Shown here piece after piece: positions 62,296 to 64,000 of a stretch of DNA of 64,000 bases. The stretch comes from Candidatus Pyrohabitans jungbluthii (GTDB taxonomy: Archaea > Hydrothermarchaeota > Hydrothermarchaeia > Hydrothermarchaeales > BMS3B). The stretch covers positions 4,534-68,533 of the forward strand of contig MTMD02000014.1 of the NCBI GenBank assembly GCA_002010065.2, written 5' to 3'. Made by a program: the position numbers and the translations under genes. Positions within the stretch are counted from its first letter, which is position 1. Each line of letters starts with the position of its first letter. Under the pieces are notes generated by a model. That model searched no databases. It saw only the letters and a program-made list of their open reading frames with translations, and was not told the origin of the DNA.

Positions 62296-62297
62296 CC

Positions 62298-62657
62298 ATG
62301 AAGAGCTGCTGTCTTGCTTCAGGGGCGATACTTGGCAGGAGGGTAGCGCAGGAATTGGGGAAGCCTGCCACGCTGGAGGAGTTTCTGCAGGAGTTTGCAG
62401 AGAAGGGTAAAGCTTACCTGAGCTATACCTATGAGATGCTCAACGATGGTGAAGCGCTGCTCCGCATTGAGAGGAGCGCCTTCTGGGAGGTTATAAAAGG
62501 CACCTCAATAGACAAGATTAAGAAGGCAGGTTGCAACTCTGAGTTCAGGTTCATCGAGGCGGCGCTCGGCAGCTTTTTTGACGCCGAGGTGGAGCGCCGG
62601 CGCTGCTACTGGAGAAGCTCTGAGCCGTGTGAGTTCGTGGTCAGGATAAGGAGGTGA
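62298..62657 (+). CDS. V4R-like (4-vinyl-reductase-type) small-molecule-binding domain protein
   Basis: The C-terminal pattern GCNSEFRFIEAALGSFFDAEVERRRCYWRSSEPCEFVVRI matches the C..e...G...G........E..C...G...C.F pattern of V4R domains. The start is set at ATG 62298. Confidence 0.5.
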   Translation: MKSCCLASGAILGRRVAQELGKPATLEEFLQEFAEKGKAYLSYTYEMLNDGEALLRIERSAFWEVIKGTSIDKIKKAGCNSEFRFIEAALGSFFDAEVERRRCYWRSSEPCEFVVRIRR

Positions 62658-63664
62658 GCACATTGAAGGAGCACATTGCGAGAATGCTTGGTAAGCGGAG
62701 CAGGAGCTTCTGGGAGCTTCTGAGCAGGTGGGAGTATCGCCTCAAGGATTTTGTTGATGTGGTAAATGAGATGCACTCCTCTGGTGAACTGGTAGTGAAG
62801 AACGGCAGGCTTGCGCTCTCAAAGCAGGCGCTCGCTACTGCACCCCGCGTGCTCGGAGACAGGACATGCAAAGCATGCAAGGGCAGGGGCGTGGAGGTTA
62901 AGGGTACCTCGCTGCTGAGGAGGTTCAGAGCGCTGCTGAAAGAGCGCCCGCTAACGACGGCGAAGTACTTCCAGGGGAATATGGACGCTGAGAGCGTTGT
63001 CGCAAGGGTATACCTCATGGATGCGCGCGATGGCTTGGCAGGGAAGCGCATAACGCTTGTCGGAGATGATGACTACCTCAGCCTTGCTCTAGCTTTGACC
63101 GGCTTGCCGTCCCGCGTGGTGGTGCTTGAGATAGACGAGCGCATAGGCGGGTTCATAGAGCAGTGCTCGCGGAAGTATGGGCTTGAGATAGAGTATGTGC
63201 CTTACAACGTGGAGCAGCCTCTGCCCAAAGAGCTTGTGAAGAGCAGCGATATGTTCTCCACCGAGCCCCTGGAGACGCTCTCTGGTTTCCTGACCTTCTT
63301 TGCGCGCGGTGCTGCGACTCTGCGAAAAGGTGGCGTGGGCTACGTGGGGCTGACCAACCTAGAGTGTTCCCTGGAGAAGTGGAAGCGCATTCAGGAGGAG
63401 ATACTGCGCATGGGTTTTGTTATCACCGACATAAAGCGGCGCTTCTCCTGGTACCCCATGGAGTACCCGGAGGATAAGGAGTACGTGGACCAGGTGCTCA
63501 GGGCGACGCGCTTCAAGCTGGAGCCCGCGAAGCGCAGGATATGGTACTTCTCTCACCTCTTCCGCGTTGAGGCTGTGGAGGAGGTTAAGCCCATGGTTGC
63601 GCCGGGAGAGGCGACAAAAATCGAGGTCTTCGACGAGGGTGATGACTTCACATATCCCAATTAA
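62654..63664 (+). CDS. bpsA: N4-bis(aminopropyl)spermidine (branched-chain polyamine) synthase, BpsA/DUF43 family
   Basis: An N-terminal wHTH-like region is followed by KRITLVGDDDYLSLALALTG, VVVLEIDERI and DMFSTEPLET, the DUF43 aminopropyltransferase blocks. The start codon is uncertain (GTG 62654, TTG 62663 or ATG 62684). Confidence 0.65.
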   Translation: MSTLKEHIARMLGKRSRSFWELLSRWEYRLKDFVDVVNEMHSSGELVVKNGRLALSKQALATAPRVLGDRTCKACKGRGVEVKGTSLLRRFRALLKERPLTTAKYFQGNMDAESVVARVYLMDARDGLAGKRITLVGDDDYLSLALALTGLPSRVVVLEIDERIGGFIEQCSRKYGLEIEYVPYNVEQPLPKELVKSSDMFSTEPLETLSGFLTFFARGAATLRKGGVGYVGLTNLECSLEKWKRIQEEILRMGFVITDIKRRFSWYPMEYPEDKEYVDQVLRATRFKLEPAKRRIWYFSHLFRVEAVEEVKPMVAPGEATKIEVFDEGDDFTYPN

Positions 63665-63696
63665 GCCATAGCCTCGTTAGGCTGGAGCAATATGGT

Positions 63697-64000
63697 ATGT
63701 ACTGGCTTCTTCGCCCGGACGCAGCGCGTGCCTTTGAAGACCGAGGAGTGAAGCACGCCTTAGGGAGATACATCAGCGTCGCCACCAATGAAAAGCAGGC
63801 GAACTTCAGAATAGCGCAGCTTGTGGCGTCTGACTACTCAGCCCAAGATAGCACCGAGGAGCTGTGGAAGCTTCACTCAGAGAAGCTTAAAGATTACGAG
63901 AGGCTGAAGGCAGAGCTCGACGCTGGGAAGAGGGATTACGCCTCTATCGCTAAGCCTGAGAAGACTCTGCTTGACCTTAAGCGAGAGCTGGCGTGGCGCA
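63697..64000 (+). CDS. Partial CDS running off the window (possibly the N-terminal region of a PflX-like radical SAM protein)
   Basis: Hand translation is MYWLLRPDAARAFEDRGVKHALGRYISVATNEKQANFRIAQLVASDY...KPEKTLLDLKRELAWR. The LLDLK.ELA.R segment resembles the region preceding the CxxxCxxC cluster in that family, but the cluster itself lies beyond the window. Confidence 0.3.
   Translation, partial: MYWLLRPDAARAFEDRGVKHALGRYISVATNEKQANFRIAQLVASDYSAQDSTEELWKLHSEKLKDYERLKAELDAGKRDYASIAKPEKTLLDLKRELAWR

Overview
This is an archaeal chromosome segment. The evidence is archaeal-only ribosomal and translation genes (S19e, L39e, L31e, LX, aIF6), prefoldin alpha, Rpp21, Nep1, membrane LonB, formylmethanofuran:H4MPT formyltransferase and tRNAs without encoded CCA. 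High GC, H4MPT C1 metabolism and multihaem c-type cytochromes suggest an Archaeoglobales-like (Geoglobus/Ferroglobus-type) hyperthermophile, but that assignment is inference only.

Main blocks:
- 1-7.5 kb: housekeeping genes plus an HAO-family octahaem cytochrome.
- 7.5-11.0 kb: a degraded AT-rich island bounded by an 18-bp direct repeat of the tRNA-Arg 3' end. It carries three toxin-antitoxin pairs, and two of the toxins are broken.
- 11-15.6 kb: C1 and methyl-cycle genes.
- 15.7-16.1 kb: a tRNA-Val / structured spacer / tRNA-Gly locus with a second copy of the tRNA-Val 3' end.
- 16-22 kb: a sensor kinase, then an AT-rich insert carrying a second octahaem cytochrome.
- 23.5-29 kb: a conserved ribosome-biogenesis, translation and FtsY cluster.
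- 30-38.5 kb: TatA x2 and a Tat-exported Cys-type formate-dehydrogenase-like molybdoenzyme with an NrfD anchor, FdhD, TorD and an MvhD-polyferredoxin.
- 39-47.6 kb: a block of uncharacterised surface and regulator genes.
- 49.6-53.2 kb: an extracytoplasmic thiol-redox / cytochrome cluster.
- 53-57 kb: RadC, a LigD-PolDom-like primase-polymerase and a second AT-rich island beside tRNA-Ile.
- 57-64 kb: LonB, TldD/PmbA, a V4R protein and a branched-polyamine synthase.

The most unusual signal is in the 39-47.6 kb block. Two divergently transcribed paralogous zinc-ribbon + winged-helix proteins end in the same acidic GDWGDGGDDGGW tail, encoded by a perfect 36-bp inverted repeat. Each is apparently co-transcribed with a different large secreted or anchored protein. 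One of those proteins has a C-terminal domain of sharply different base composition.

No CRISPR array, rRNA gene or recognisable integrase/transposase was seen. Many long ORFs in the six-frame track are antisense shadows of GC-rich genes and are not reported.
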